From assembly GCF_009834535.1 (NCBI RefSeq), contig NC_045697.1:40302001-40366000 (forward strand): 64,000 bases of DNA, in the 5' to 3' direction. This DNA comes from Camelus ferus. Lineage: Eukaryota. Below the pieces are notes generated by a model, which did no database searches, was not told the DNA's origin, and saw only the letters and a program-made list of their open reading frames with translations. The translations under genes and the position numbers were made by a program. How positions within the stretch are numbered: position 1 is the first letter of the stretch; the number at the start of each line of letters is the position of its first letter. Positions 12,701-26,900 of this stretch are shown piece by piece.

Positions 12701-15700
12701 TTATTGCATATTTCAATCAACTCTATTAATTGTGACATTTCCCAATGGAGGGTTCCCTTGATTTTTCTCTAATTAAACAAAAAGAGCATATTTCTGCTTC
12801 TTCTCCTACTTCAGATTTTCTTCCTGGTTGGTTGGGTGAGCTGTCTGTGACTCACTGAATCCGTGGCAAGGGTGGTGGGGTTCAGCGAGAGGTGGAGAAT
12901 AGAGAGAGGCTTCCGAGGGGATAGAGGGGAGGGAAGGAAATGAATCACGCTCTCTGGGTGTGATGCAGTGCAGGCCGCCCCACTCAGAGGTGGCCCCTCT
13001 TCTGATTTCAACATCGCTTCCCTGTTTGTATTTCCCTCCACCAACCACTGTCTCTTATGAATGAAAAAGAGGCAGGTCTCTGTGAATAACCCATTTTCAC
13101 ATAAAATAGCTAGGGCCTTTTTTTTTTTTTTTTTAACCTGGAAGCTAATTGGTAATTTGTGCTTAAGCATATAAAAGGTTTGTAGTAATTAGACCATATG
13201 AATGCTTACAAATGCGTAAACGGAAAGCAAACTGATTTTCTTGCAGGATTACCTGTCTACATGGAAATTTATGTTTCTGGGATGAGCGCATGGTTTTGTA
13301 AACAAGCTGGTACAAGCCAGGTTCAGATACATTATGTTTTCTACAACCAGTGATTTTGAAAATTCTTTCAGATACAAATATTTGCTGAGCCAATTCTATG
13401 TGTAAGACACTATTGTTTTGGGGAACCCAAGATAAATGAGGTGTAGATCGTGTCCCCAAGGAGGATACAGTTTAGCAGGGAAGATCAGAAGGGTGCCAGT
13501 TAGTTGACTGGCAAGAAAGTACGTGATAACTACCAAGCTGAAAAATACAGAGTACTTGGGGGTTCAGAGGCAGATGGGTGGGATTTCAACAGAAAAAGTA
13601 GACAGGGATTTTTGGGGAGAGACAGGAGTGATGGTATTGGTAGCCACTATGCTACGCTGTATAAGATGCTATCACGTACTTTCTCGTTGAGTCCTTAGAA
13701 AAACTCTGTAGGTGACTGTTGTTGATTTCATGTTCCTGATGAGTAAACTGAATCGTGGAGAGGTAGTGACTTTCCCAAATCAGAAGACCCAGGACCCAAA
13801 CCCCAGTCTCTGACTACATGGCCCATCTTCATAAGAGCAGATAGTATGCCCTAAAGTTAAGAATATGGATACTTGAGCTAAACTAACTTGTCTTGAATCA
13901 CAATCCCCTTACTCTTGGCTTGAGGACTTCTTGCAAACTATTTCATTTTTTAATGCATCCCTTTCTTCGTCTCTGATGAGGGTTCGAAATAAAAATGCAA
14001 TGCAGTAAGATTAAGTGTTTACCTATAAGAAGCATTTAGAACGATTAGCAGTATGCAAATGGTTGCTATTATTTTTTTGAAAAATATTTTATTATAAAAG
14101 GAATATATATTCTATAAAAATTGGCCAGAGACCTATTAAAGAGTTTAGCACACTTGCTAGAGGCAAGACCAGCACATAAAGATCAATCATATTCCTTTAC
14201 ACAGCAGTGATCTATTTGAATATGTATCAGAAAAAAAGATGGAATTCAAAATAACAGCAAAAACTATAAAGTATTAAGGAATAGAGTTAATAAAAATGTG
14301 CAAAATGTTTAAGGAGAACATTTGGAAAGTACAAAAATAGATCAAGAGAAATGTCTTTCCATGGGTTGGGGAGGGAAGACATTGTAGATAAAAGAAATAT
14401 CATGAAAAAAGACAGTGAGCGGGCATTTTTAGGGGATATTTGGGCACAGGGTGGAATACACACAACAGAAAGTGAAGTAGAGGCAGAAAAATCCATTTTG
14501 AGTAAGGTCATGGATGGCTTTGAATGTTAGATTGAAGATTTTGCAATTAATGTAATAGGTAGCTGGAAACTACCGCAGACCTATGAATGGGGAATAGGAC
14601 TGATCTTAGAACAGAAAGATGCTTCAGGAGAACATTTAAACAAGAGCCTGTGAGTTGCCTGGGGTTTAGGGCAAGTTTAAAATGTATTGATTTTAGAATG
14701 GTTAAAAAGGAAAAATAAGCCCTTTAAAAATAATTCTAAATAAATCAATCTTGATTATACATTCTTATCTGTGAATTACTGTTTTTTAGCAGTGTGTTGA
14801 ATCTGAGTAAATCAAGTAAATTGCTACTTGGTTTACCATCTGGATATCTATTATGGTCGCTAGGAAATGGTAAACTTTAGGGTTTACATTTATCTTGGTG
14901 TGTTTTGGAAATATGGCCAAGTGGTACTCACATATGAACATGCTCTATATGAGAATATGAATACTGCTACTCAAAAAAATTCCTTGGCAAAAGTTGGTGC
15001 TTTTTGGAGGTAGCAATACTAGGGAGTAACATTAACAAGTTTTTATTTAATGGGATGGAATGCTAAAGGCAGGGGTTACATAAAGGCAGAAAGGAAAGGA
15101 AAATGAAAATGTACTGAATGACTACCATATGGTCCGTGTTACGGGATTAGCTAATTTAATTTTGACAACAATACTGTGGGGTAGGAATTATTAACCCCAT
15201 TTCACAGATGAGAAGTTAAATAGACCTGTTGTCACCTTTCCCTTCCTTTATTTATTAACAATCCATCCTGGGTAAATTACTTAACCTTTTTAAACCTGTT
15301 TCCTTACTGCTTAAAATGAGGGACTAATAATGTCCAAGCCCCAGGGCTATTGTCTAGATTAAATACAGTAACACCTATTAAATCCTTACTCGAGTGCTTG
15401 GCTCCTAAAAGCTGACCGGTCTGACTTACCTTGGGCCAGGCACAGGGCTAAGAAATTTAAATTCATTATCTCTTTAAATCATCACACAAACCTTTTGTAG
15501 GTGCTCAATTGCTATTATTGTTGTAAGTAATAATACATTTTATTACGATTTTATTGCAGTTCAGAGAGATTGTCATATGTCCAAGATTAAGAAATTAACA
15601 AATGGCAGAACTGACATTCAAATTTAGTTTTGTTGGAGGGCAAAAACCCAGAAACTGTTAAGAATATTCCACATCCGAAAATGATAGGAATACTAATAAA

Positions 15701-16724
15701 TTACCTAATTCTTTTTTTTCGCTATAGAGCTTCGGATTTGAACTCTGATGAAAGAATAAGACATTTAGTAGGTATAGGATCACACTTTTGTATTTAAAAA
15801 TGGACTAAAATGAAAATGTGATATAAGTTGGCAGAATGTGTATGTGGAAACAGTCAGTGCTGTGGTTAGAAGAGGGACTTTGGTAGCAGTGGCTCTTGAG
15901 TGTCTACGATTGTGCCCACCCGTTCAGTGTGGTGTTGGTGCAGAGCATGAGTGTATATGGCCCAGCGGGAAGGACAAGAGTGACTTTAGATGGGAGATAA
16001 AGTGAGGCAGGTGAGGAGCTATAATCACTTTGCTAATTTTAAATTCCACATCTAGGTTATAAGCCAGACCTCCCTAACCATGTGCACATGACAGAACTGT
16101 AAATATATAGGCAGCATCTAACTTATTTTACTTGGTGTTCCTGTGGATAAACCCGCTGTCTTGGGGTGAAGACTGACCATCTGTTTGGGGTGGAGGGTTG
16201 GGGAGGAGGTCCCCTAGAGCATGATGAAAGGGCTACAGACACTTGCCCGGTTATTACTGGGTTCATTGTAGGTTTCAGGATTTCATTTTGCTGATTTTGC
16301 AAGCTTAGGGACGGAGCTGTATTACTACAAGAGATTTTTTTTTGAAGACTGTCTGGGGGAAGGACTGAGATGGGGAAACACCCGAACTTGGCCTCTGACA
16401 AGGAATTTATAGGAAAATAGAAACGTCTGGTGGGGATTTTTATTATGCTTTTTTTTTGCTGTGTGGTATATGAAATCAACTTCTGACTCCATCCCATGAA
16501 ATCTTCAGCAAAATTTGTATTTTGAAGGTTATTGCTTGAAAAATTATTTTTTTGTTGTTTGTTTGTTTTTGTTGGGTGGGAGGATAAAGAGCTGGGTTCT
16601 ACTTCAAGGTGAGGAGAACATACTTGCCAACACCGTGGGTTTTTTCAACCTACAAACTTGATGGCCTTGAACTTTAATTTTCCCATAGCACTCTCAGTTC
16701 ATAATTCTTTTCCTTAAAAAAGGA

Positions 16725-17342
16725 TTTTTGCTTATACAACTTCTTCCTGACTGTGAGAATATGGCATAAGTTCCCTGGGCTCAATAGACAGGTCGGGCAA
16801 AGTGTCGGGTCATAATACTGAGTGACAGACACGACCACATGTGGCACTGTTATGAACCTGAATAGACCCTGATTATGTCTGGCGTACGTGGCCTCTTGGA
16901 GTGAATTCTGTCTTCACCTGGTACACAGGCCAAGAGGTGGGGAGCCGTTGTATCACCTATACCCCTTTAACTGAGAATCCCTGCCCTGGGAAGTAGGAAC
17001 AAGCTTCTTTTAGGAATGTCAAGCCATTAACCTGACATCCCAAAGCCTACGCTGACAGGGGCCAGTGCCCTGGCTAGGCAAGAGCAGGATCCTTTGAGGG
17101 ACTGCTCCCGCATAACATGAATGGCCCTTGGCTAGAGACCTAACTTGGTTAAAGCAAGGAGAGAATCCCTTCCCTGCGCGGTCCTTGTACTGTCTGCTGG
17201 GGCTTCCGGCTGGAGGCCGAAGTCCTATTTTCCTCTGCTAATAAAATCTGCAGCTGGCGAATTTGTGACTTACTCTCTCAGCTGGGATGGGGACCCAGTG
17301 GTCTTCCTTTGCTGACTTGGCCTTACTGTGGCTCTTGCTGAC
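16725..17342 (+). mobile_element. Possible ERV solo LTR (family not identified)
   Basis: About 600-bp GC-richer block with AATAAA near 17240 and a ...gctgaca end, an LTR-like layout. Confidence 0.4.
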
Positions 17343-20300
17343 ACTGCAGGTCCCTCGACTCTCTGCCGTGTCGTCTGTGCCATCCTCAATCCATATTTCT
17401 CCTCATTCATCATGACTATCCATTGGCAAGATTTCCAGCTCTCTGATCAGCTCTCTCTTCTGTCCCTGCTGTGGGGCATGTTGGAGGCTCTGGATCCCTC
17501 CCACAGCCTTGAGAGCCAGGGAAAGCGCACAAGTGCTCTCTGCACAGCACCACATTTCTGTCACTTCCTGGGGAGCACCTTTCTGGATGTCATCGTTTCC
17601 CTGGGACTCTTTGTGTCTTCTTGGCTGTTCACTGGAAAGCCAGGCAATTATTGCTTCTGCTCTAGGAACTTTTCACCCTATCGTGAAACTTCTTCAGGTT
17701 TTCTAGCCCTTTGCCTCCTGGGCTGACATTCAGGAAAGTCTGGAGTGTACATCTCTGGCCTCCTGTGTCTTCGTTCCTCTCTCCGGGGCCTTCCTCCTTG
17801 CCCCCGTCCTCTGCCTGTCACCTGTAACTGCACATGTCTCCTCATTTCATCTTTCCTACTCCAGCCTCATTCTTGGCTTTAAAAGCATATGAGGTATGGG
17901 GGACGGGGGAGGAAATCTAGCTGACTAGTAAAAGAACATACATTAGAAAAAAATTCAAATATACCTGTTCCATATTCACAGCACACGAGGGAACTAACGG
18001 ACACACACACACACAAACAGGTGTGTTCATCATTTTCACAGACTTCGCTACAGTCTCGTGGGGAAGATGCCCCCAGCCAGAGCTCAGAAAGAATGAAGGT
18101 CAGTGATATAATAGAAATAGGAAATATTTGGGGAGAATTGGAGAGGGAGGTGTCCATTGTGGTTGAGGGAGGCTGGGGGTGGGAAGTTTCTGGGGGAAGG
18201 AAGCAGAGGACACAGAGAGCAGATGGGCCAAGGGAGGAGGGTGAGACAGACAGAAAGACGTGGTGACAGCAAGGTAGGACAGAACCACGGTGTGTGGTGG
18301 CCTGCGACGTGCGGTTATGTCAGATAGGTGACAAGTCTGGGAGCCCCATCGGATCCCAGGCTCGCTGGGCTCTGTACTGTAGTCTCGGTGGAAGAGGAAA
18401 AGTTGGCACATCTTTGCCTGCCTGACTGTACTTTCTCTGCTAATCTTTTTATCTCCTTCAAGTACACTCTGTTTACTTGTCTAATGAATTGCCACCCGAA
18501 ACTTGCATAGTTGAATAGTTAGAATCCTTCTCTTCTGACTCATGAAGGAGTGAAAACCATAGTAGAGTTGACTTTTGTGGAGCTCTTCGTGAGGCTGTCT
18601 GGTTCGCCTGGAATAATGGCTCTTTTCTTTCTTTGTTTCTCACCAGCCTATGTGGTTTGTGATTTAATAACCAGGCAGAGCACTGAAATTAATACTGGTA
18701 GATTTTTAAGCTTGAAGGAGGAAAAGGAAATTGGGAATTTTAAATTGTTAGCTTTTTGTGTGGGAGGCTTACTTTCTCCGTTGGAAAGAGTTTAGGCCAG
18801 GCAAGACCTTACCAACAGCCTTAAAAAATGAGCATGAGAGGGATCAACCCCTGCTCCGACATCATTTCCCCTTTGCATACAGTTCGGTTTCTAGATGAGA
18901 AGATAGTTTTTGCCACTCTGTATCCTTTAAGATGTATCCAAAATGAAGTGATGGCTTGTGGCAATTAATTCACTAAAAAAAAAAGCTTTAATTTTTTTTT
19001 GTGTGAGTAATCTACAGTTTTTTTTCCCCCAAAATTGTATCAATAGGAGATGGATATGTTTCTTTTTTGTCTGTAGGTAGGTGGTGTCGGGGAAGCTCAG
19101 ATAAAGAGTTGAGAGTGAAAATTGAGACTTCGATATCTAAGCAGGTGTGCTTGACCAAAGTAAGGCTCACAACCATCTTATTTCCCCTTTTTCATTAATG
19201 CCTTTGAAGAGAAGCTATATTTTTCCCCCTGAAAGAGAACAATTCTTCCTCTTGCATTGAGGGAACCAAGAAGAAAAGAACACTGGACTGTTCTTTATTT
19301 TGGGGAGGACCGTTTTTTATTTCCTAGGGTCTACTAGGAAATATTCATAGGAAGCAGGACACATATTTTGGAAAAATGAGGGACAGCACTAGACAGTCAG
19401 TGTTCAAGAAAATGGAGGTTGTCCCATATTGTTTTTGCTGATATTTGGTAAAAATCATGTTAATAGACTTGCCATGGCACTGACTGAACACTTGTATGAA
19501 CTCCCTCGGCTAACTCCTCCTTTTTAAGACACTTATTTTTTTGCCTGTTGTTTAGATGTTTAAATTTCTAATTTAAAAAATATTCTCTGTCACAATATAT
19601 ATTACTTGATTTCCTCCCAAAGACCATATAAAGCTTGGTATGATTATCCGTATTATGCTGATGTTGAAACTGAGGTTCTGAGAGGCTAAGTAAAGGATAG
19701 AACTAGGCTTTGAACCCAGGGCTTTCTAACTCTGTACCATATGCTTTTACTAGTGTCTTTTAGTCTGTTTTCCCCAAGGCAACTATGTGTACATAGTAGA
19801 GCTGTTATTGACTGTTTGTTCATGATACAAATGATTTGGAATCTTTTAAGATAAAAGCGTAGGTAAACCTATCTAAAGTGCCTTCAGGAATGTCCTGTTT
19901 AGAACTCAGTGGTCCCTGCTGCCATCAGGCATGACCATAGGAATCCGGTCATTTTATCAGATTCTTTTTCTCTTACTCTCTCTGTCCTGACTGTTGTTGG
20001 TCTCCTTGGCCATCTCCCTTAGGTCACCTCTTACTATCTGAAAGCTGGCCTTCTAGTCTTCCCCTCTTGTCTGCCTAGAGATTTTCCCCAAATGTGCATG
20101 TGAGCCACTTTCACTTCCTCAAGGCAGAACTTATTACCAGGCAGTTGGCATTAGAAAAACTTTTCAAAAGGCCCATGAATTACAGGGAGGAATTACAATG
20201 CAGAAAAGATGGAAAACCACAAAGCTCTGCAAGAGATCAACAGATCCAAGTCCGAAATACTTGTAACATCTCCCAGCCTCACACCTTTGCAGAAAGCCAC

Positions 20301-20556
20301 CTATTTACCCCGCCTGCTGCTGGTGGCAGGCCAGGTGCCTTTGAGATGGCTGTGCCTCTGTTCTGTGTTCCAGGTGCCCCACTCCCAAGGGAAACTGACT
20401 ACATGCCCACCCTCTACCAAGCTGATACCTTCATCCCCATCATCAGTACTGCCCAGCAGAAGCGCGCTTTCTACATGAGACTTAGTTGTTTGGCTCCTCA
20501 TCCCTCACTTTCCTTCCAGCAGAAGGTTAGGCACTCACTTCTGCACAGCCCATTAC

Positions 20557-20807
20557 TTTTTTTTGTTTAAAAAATTTTTTTATTAAAGTAGTATCAGTTT
20601 ACAATGTTGTGTCAGTTCCTGGTGTACAGCATAATGTTTCCGTCATACATACACATACATATATCCTTTTTCGTATTCTTTTTCATTACTACAAGATATT
20701 GAGTATAGTTCCCTGTGCTATACACTAGAAGCTTGTTGTTTATCTGTTTTATATATAGTAGTTAGTATCTGCAAATCTCAAACTCCCAATTTATCCCTTC
20801 CCTCCCC
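20557..20807 (-). mobile_element. Short young-type L1 3' end
   Basis: T-tail then sequence nearly identical to the L1 at 411-645 (cagtttacaatgtt..gtcagttcctggtgtacagcataat). Confidence 0.9.
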
Positions 20808-21409
20808 GTTATGTTTTGTGCTAAACCCAGTCTTTCTCCAAAGAGAAGGTCTCTCATCACCCTAAGCAATGGGAAACTACTGGTACAATTAAACATTTCT
20901 CCTGCTTTTTACAGGAATACTGAGGTCCTAGCTCTGAGAATCTCAATACTCAAACACAACTGAAAGTCTGTTTTTCTTTGATACTCCTTTAGGCAAGGTT
21001 AATGCTTCGGTTGTAATAAATTATAAAATATCCAAGTTGTTTTTATTTCGGCTATGAGTAGATGTGATAACTGTCTAGTATTTTAAAGCATAAAGAGCAA
21101 ATCACTGCGCGGAATATGATTTGCCAAGAGGGAGATGTGCAACATTTGCTGTCAGTGGGTACTTTGTAGAGGTCCTGGAATTCAGTTGCACACAGAACAC
21201 AGAACACTGACATTTTCCTGTTGAAATGTTTCATAAATGATTGCCCTTAGATTTGTCTTCAGGATTTGTCAAAAGCTATTTCACTTAGCTGGTTAGAACA
21301 CAATACTCTTAAAACAAATGTGTGAATAATTCTTGAACAAGTAAGCTTGGTTCTGTTAACTGGTTACAGATTCTCCTTAAAAAACAATTTGAAAAATTTG
21401 ATAGGACTG

Positions 21410-22870
21410 TAGTTCTTGGATTCAACCCAGTTGTTTGTTTACTGTGTAACCTTGAGCACATTATTTAATCTCTCTGCATCTCCATTTTCTTGTTTGCTAA
21501 TTGACTGCAGTCATAATACCTGCCTCATGGAATTGCTGCAAGGATTAAATAATAGGTGTAAGGCCATAGCCCAGTGCTTAACACACACATACTGAAACTA
21601 TGTTGATTATGATTATTGGTATTAGTAATGCTAGTAATAATTTCAGCGCATAGGGGTCACTAATTGTTCACTCTCTCAGTAAGAATGTAACTGCCGGGTG
21701 ATCAATGGTGTCACATCCAGCAGAGTTAAGATTTTTGAGCCTCCTGGCTCCAAACCTTCATTCTATCACTTGCAAGCTTTGTGACTTCAGGCAAATTACC
21801 CAGACTCTCTAAGCCTTGGTTTCTTCATCTGCATAACGGCACCTACGTTGCAGTGTGATGTGACGATTATGTGAGGTAGTCCACGTAAAGGACTTGACAG
21901 AATGCCTGGCATAGAGTTAGCCCTCAAACGTTAGCTTCTTTTCTGTTCTATTTCTTCATTTTATCTTTCTTATTATTCTTATTACCTGACTTTTACTACT
22001 GACTTTTACTGTCAATATCCTGAAAGGACTGCTTCTTCCAGGGTTCAGAGAGTCATCTAAAAGTGTGTGGAGCTGAGAAACACTTACAGGTCAAGGAGTC
22101 AAGAAGAGGGTATCTAGTTATAATTCTCGGAAAAGTATTTTTCTTCAACCCAAAATGGCAAGTTGAGGTCAGAGAAGAATTCCTGAGGAAGGTACTAGGG
22201 GAGCTCTTCTACGTGTCACACAAATAGTCAAGGAAGTGGCTTACTGCCTCACCTGAAGGGTGGGTTTCCCTGCCCTCCTGGGCTCCAGTCAGCTCTGAGT
22301 CACAGCTGTGCCGCCCCCCTCTTCCAAGCCCGATGCCGCTTCCTGAGGCTGCTGAGGGTTTTCCTCCAACAACCGCGGGGCCTGTGATGACCTTATTATT
22401 GTAAAGCGACACCAGGGGGAGTAACGTAGCTCCAGCCCAGGAAATTGGGAATTTGGCTACTGGCCCTGACTTCAGCCCTGATTTGTCAGTTGACCTTGGG
22501 CAAGTCATGATCTTTTCGCCACTTCAGTTCTATTACGTGTAAATAGTGCAGAGAATGACGTCTACCCTTCTGAACTCATGGGCTCATTTTGAAGATCCCA
22601 CAACTCAACATATGCAGATACCTTTACACATTAAAATATTATTATTTTTTATGTTGGATGTTGGATCCAGTTTAGTGTGATGAGGAAAGCAGGGGCTTGG
22701 AGGTGGAAAGAGCCGAGATCTAATTTCAGTGCTGATACCTGCTAACTTTGTGACCTTAGGTCAACCCCTTCCTTTCTTTGAGTCTCCTTTTCCTCTAGGG
22801 TAAGATAAATATAATGATTATCTCATAAGGTGGTTGTATTAAATGGAATGAAACTTCTGCAAAATGTTAG
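21410..22870. mobile_element. Several MIR fragments (about 21410-21600, 21720-21940, 22460-22630, 22670-22870)
   Basis: Repeated gtgaccttgggcaagt...ctc..tttc.tcatct cores. Confidence 0.65.
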
Positions 22871-23343
22871 TGTTTCTTTTTCTTTAATGACTATGTTCAG
22901 GTGTTTTTTTTTAAATGAAGCTTTTTCCCTTCTTAATATTCGGTTTACTTAAATATGTATAGGTGTGATGTGGAATACTTCTTATTCTTCTTCCAAAATT
23001 AAATGTGTATATGTATGTGTGTACATATACCCATATGCATATTTATGCACACATATATAAAATAAATTTATGAAATGACTTCATGCTTCCTGGGATTTCT
23101 TAAATATATATATTTATTAATATATAAATATATTATTATTTAAATGTACATGTGTATGTAATGTTTTATACATATCTGTATCTCTTGATCAATAGATATA
23201 ACACATCTCACACATATTGTATATACTACATATATAATGAAATGACTCATAAGACAGTTTTATAAATATATTCAATTCCTACCCCAGATTGCCCAGTCTA
23301 ACCTGGTCAGCCTCCTGTATTTAAGAAATATTCTACTAATATA

Positions 23344-23611
23344 GTCAAAATTATTCTACAGTGACAGAGAATAGATCCATGGTTGCCTGGAGCTGAGGAT
23401 GTGAGAAATTAGCTGCAAAAGTAACTTTTTGTGATGATGGAAATACTCTGTATCTTCATTGTTATGGTGGTTAAATGGTGCTTATAAAATGCATTTGTCA
23501 AAACACATTGGACTCTATAATTAACATGGATGCTTTTTATGTTATGTAAATTAAATCTCAGTGATGTGATTTACAAAGTAAAATAAACAAAAAAGTGAAA
23601 ATTAAAAAAAA
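23344..23611 (+). mobile_element. 268-bp retroposed insert of old L1 (L1MC/L1ME-like) 3'UTR sequence with poly(A) and a perfect 21-bp TSD
   Basis: TSD AAGAAATATTCTACTAATATA at 23323-23343 and 23612-23632. TT/AAGA nick site. AATAAA at 23582-23587, A-tail from 23604. Confidence 0.85.
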
Positions 23612-23949
23612 AAGAAATATTCTACTAATATAAATATTAATGGTTAGATTCTTGAACATACTCCTAGTAACAGAAGTTAATATCAGTGGAATGTATTATT
23701 TAATTGATTAAGAATTCATAGTTATAGTTTAGCTTTTTCCCAAGAAACATGGAAAGAACAGGTCTTATGAAATTGCTATAGTTTGTGTTCCATTTGATAG
23801 GGACACAAAGTCCTTGAATCAAAATTCATTTTTTTCTTAGCCAATATTAACATAGAATAAAGGCTCAAAATTATCTGTAAATGCAGATTCTTATGGCTTT
23901 TTAAAAAATTAAATTTGTCTTTCCCTCTTCCAGGCTTTATTTTTTTTTT

Positions 23950-26900
23950 AATTTATCTCCATTTATCATGCTATCCATTTTATTTTTTCACTCGACATAA
24001 TTCTCGAGATTGTTGCATGTATCGGTAGCTAGTTCTTTTTATTGCTGAATAGTATTCCATGATATTGAGGCACCGTAGTTTGGTTTGAAAGATATCTGAA
24101 TTATTTCCAGTTTTGGGTTATTCTGAATAAGACTGCAATAAATATTTGTTCAGGTTTTTGTGTAAACATAAATGAACATAAATACTTATGAATGTAATTG
24201 TTATGTTCAGTAGTTGTATGTTTAGCTAGCTATGTAGTAAGGCTTTATGCATTTTCAAAATTGTTTCATATAAATTAAATATAAATATTATCTATACTAT
24301 GAAAAATCTGACTGGGATTTATTTAGGAATTGCATTATACCTGTATATAAATTTAGTCTTTTGAGCCATGAACACAGTACCTCTTTTCATTTATTTAGAG
24401 CCTCTTTGATTTCTTTCATTAACATTGTGTAATTTCAGCATTAAAGTCCTGTACACTTTGTTAGATTTACACCTAAATACTTCTTTTTGAGCAACTGAAA
24501 ATGGCACTGTATTTTTAATTTCAGTGTCTTATGTATCCATTGCTAGTACATAGAAACACAACTGACTTTTTAAATGTTGCTCTTGTATTGTGCAACCTTG
24601 CTGAGCTCACGTATTAGTTCTAGGATTTTTGTAGAATCTTTGGAATTTTCTACACAAAAAAATATGTCATCTGTGAATTAGGACAGTTTTATTTCTTCTT
24701 TTCTGGTCTTTATGTCTTTGATTTCTTGCCTTATTTGTTTTCCTTAGTCCCATGACTTAGTCTCATGAGTAAATTCCCGTCATTATGTTGAATAAGAGTG
24801 GTGACGGCAGATATCCTTGCCTTGTTCCCCATCTTAGGAAGAAAGCGTTCTCTTTCATCACTAAATATAATATGAACTCAAAGTTTTTTGTAGATGCTCT
24901 TTCTCAAGTTGATGAAATTCTCCCTCTATTTCTATTTTCTAAGAGTTTTTTTTTTTTTTACCATGAATGGGCATTGAATTTTGTTAATTACTTTATCTGC
25001 ATCAATTGATATGGTCATATGGTTTTTCTTCTTCAGCCTATAAATAGGTAGATTGAAATGATGATTTTCAAATATTGAACAAGACTTGTATCCCTGGAAT
25101 AAGCCCACTTTTTCATTTATGTGTGTGTGTGTGTGTGTGTGTATAAATGATATGTAAATAAATGATATATGATGTATGATAAATGATATATATATAAATT
25201 AATATAAATTCTATTTTCTAATATTTTGTTAAAGATTTTTAATCAATATTCATGAGGGATTATGGTATCAGGGTAATACCAGCTTCATATGATGAATTAG
25301 GAAACATTCTCTTCTCTTCTGTTTTCTAGAGAAAATTGTGTAGAATTGGTGTTAATTCTTTTTTAAATGTTGGGTAGAATTTCTGCAGTGAGACCATAAT
25401 TACTGCTTCACACGTCAAACATCATTTAGAAATTATGAGGGGACTGTAATGTTATTATATTTACCCATATTTTGCTTACTGGATTCTTTCTTCTTTCCTG
25501 ATATTCCAAGATTCCTTCTTTTATTGTTCCCTTTCTGTTTAGAGGACTTCCTTAACTCATTAATTTAGCATATGTCTTCTGGCAACAAATTCTCTTAGTT
25601 TTCTTTCTTATGAGAATATCTTGATTTCCTTTTTATTCCTGAAGGATATTTTCACTGGATATAGGAATTTGGGTTGACAGTTATTTTCTGTCAAGACTTG
25701 AAAAATACTGTGCCACTTTCTTTTGGCCCCATGATTTCTGATGAGGAATCATCTGCCCCTAGAGTTGTTCTTCTCATATTTAAAGAAAAAGTGTCTTTTC
25801 TCTCTGGCTGCTTTCAAGATTTTTCTCTTTGTCTTTAGTTTCCAAAAAGTTTAATTATGATATACCTTGGCATGGATTCAGTGTTTGAATCTGTAGGTTT
25901 ATGCATTTTGCCAAGTTTGGGAATTTTCCAGCCATTATTTCTATAAGTACTTTTTAAGTTTGGTTTCTTTCTCTTCTCCTTCTGGGACACAGATGACACA
26001 AATGTTAGTTCTTTTGGTGTAGTTGCATTGTTCTCTGAGGCTTTATTTATTTATTTTTTCATTTTCTTTCTGTTATTCAAAATGAGTAATTTATATTGTT
26101 TCATCTTCCAGTTCTTTTGTTTTCTCCATTTTCTTTTTGAGCCCATTCACTGAAGTTTCTTTTTTTTTTTTAATTTGGGATTTTGTACTTTTCACTTCTA
26201 AATTTTCATTTAGTTCTTTTTTGTTTTTTACTGAGGTTTTCTATTTATTCATTTGTTTCAGTTGTGCTGGTAACTGGTCATTGAAACATTTTTATTATGG
26301 CTGCTTTAAAATCTCTGTCAGATAATTCTAACATCCCCATCATCTTGGTGTTAGTATCAATTGTCTTTCTGCATTAAGTTTGAGATCTTCCTGTTTCTTG
26401 GTAGAATGAGTGATTTCTTAATTGAAAACTGGACATTTTCATATTATATTATGAGACTCTGGGTCTTTTTCAAGCCTTCTGTTTTGATTGGCTTTTTTGG
26501 AGAGTTACTTTGCTTTTTTTTTCCCCCTTAGTAGAGGACACTTTTGCCCATTACTACCAGGTAAAGTTAGCAGCCCAGGTTCCCCACGTGGCTTCCATTA
26601 GAATGTGTGTACATATATGTGTTGTAAGGTGTTGGGTTCATCTTTATGGCTGGGCAGTTCTGGTTTCCCATACGTTCTCCAGCGACCCCCATGAGTGGGT
26701 GGCACCATTACCGCTGGGCAGTGGTGAAAGTCTTGACTCTCCACTAGGTTTCCTCGGGTGCCTCCCTAGCTGGGTGGGGGATAGAAATCCAGACTCTCCA
26801 CAGAGTCCCCATTGACATCATGGGAAGGGGTGCATAGGGGCTCTTCACGGGCCAATGGGGATGAACGCCCTGGCTCCCTACTTGACCTCTGGCGCCACCC

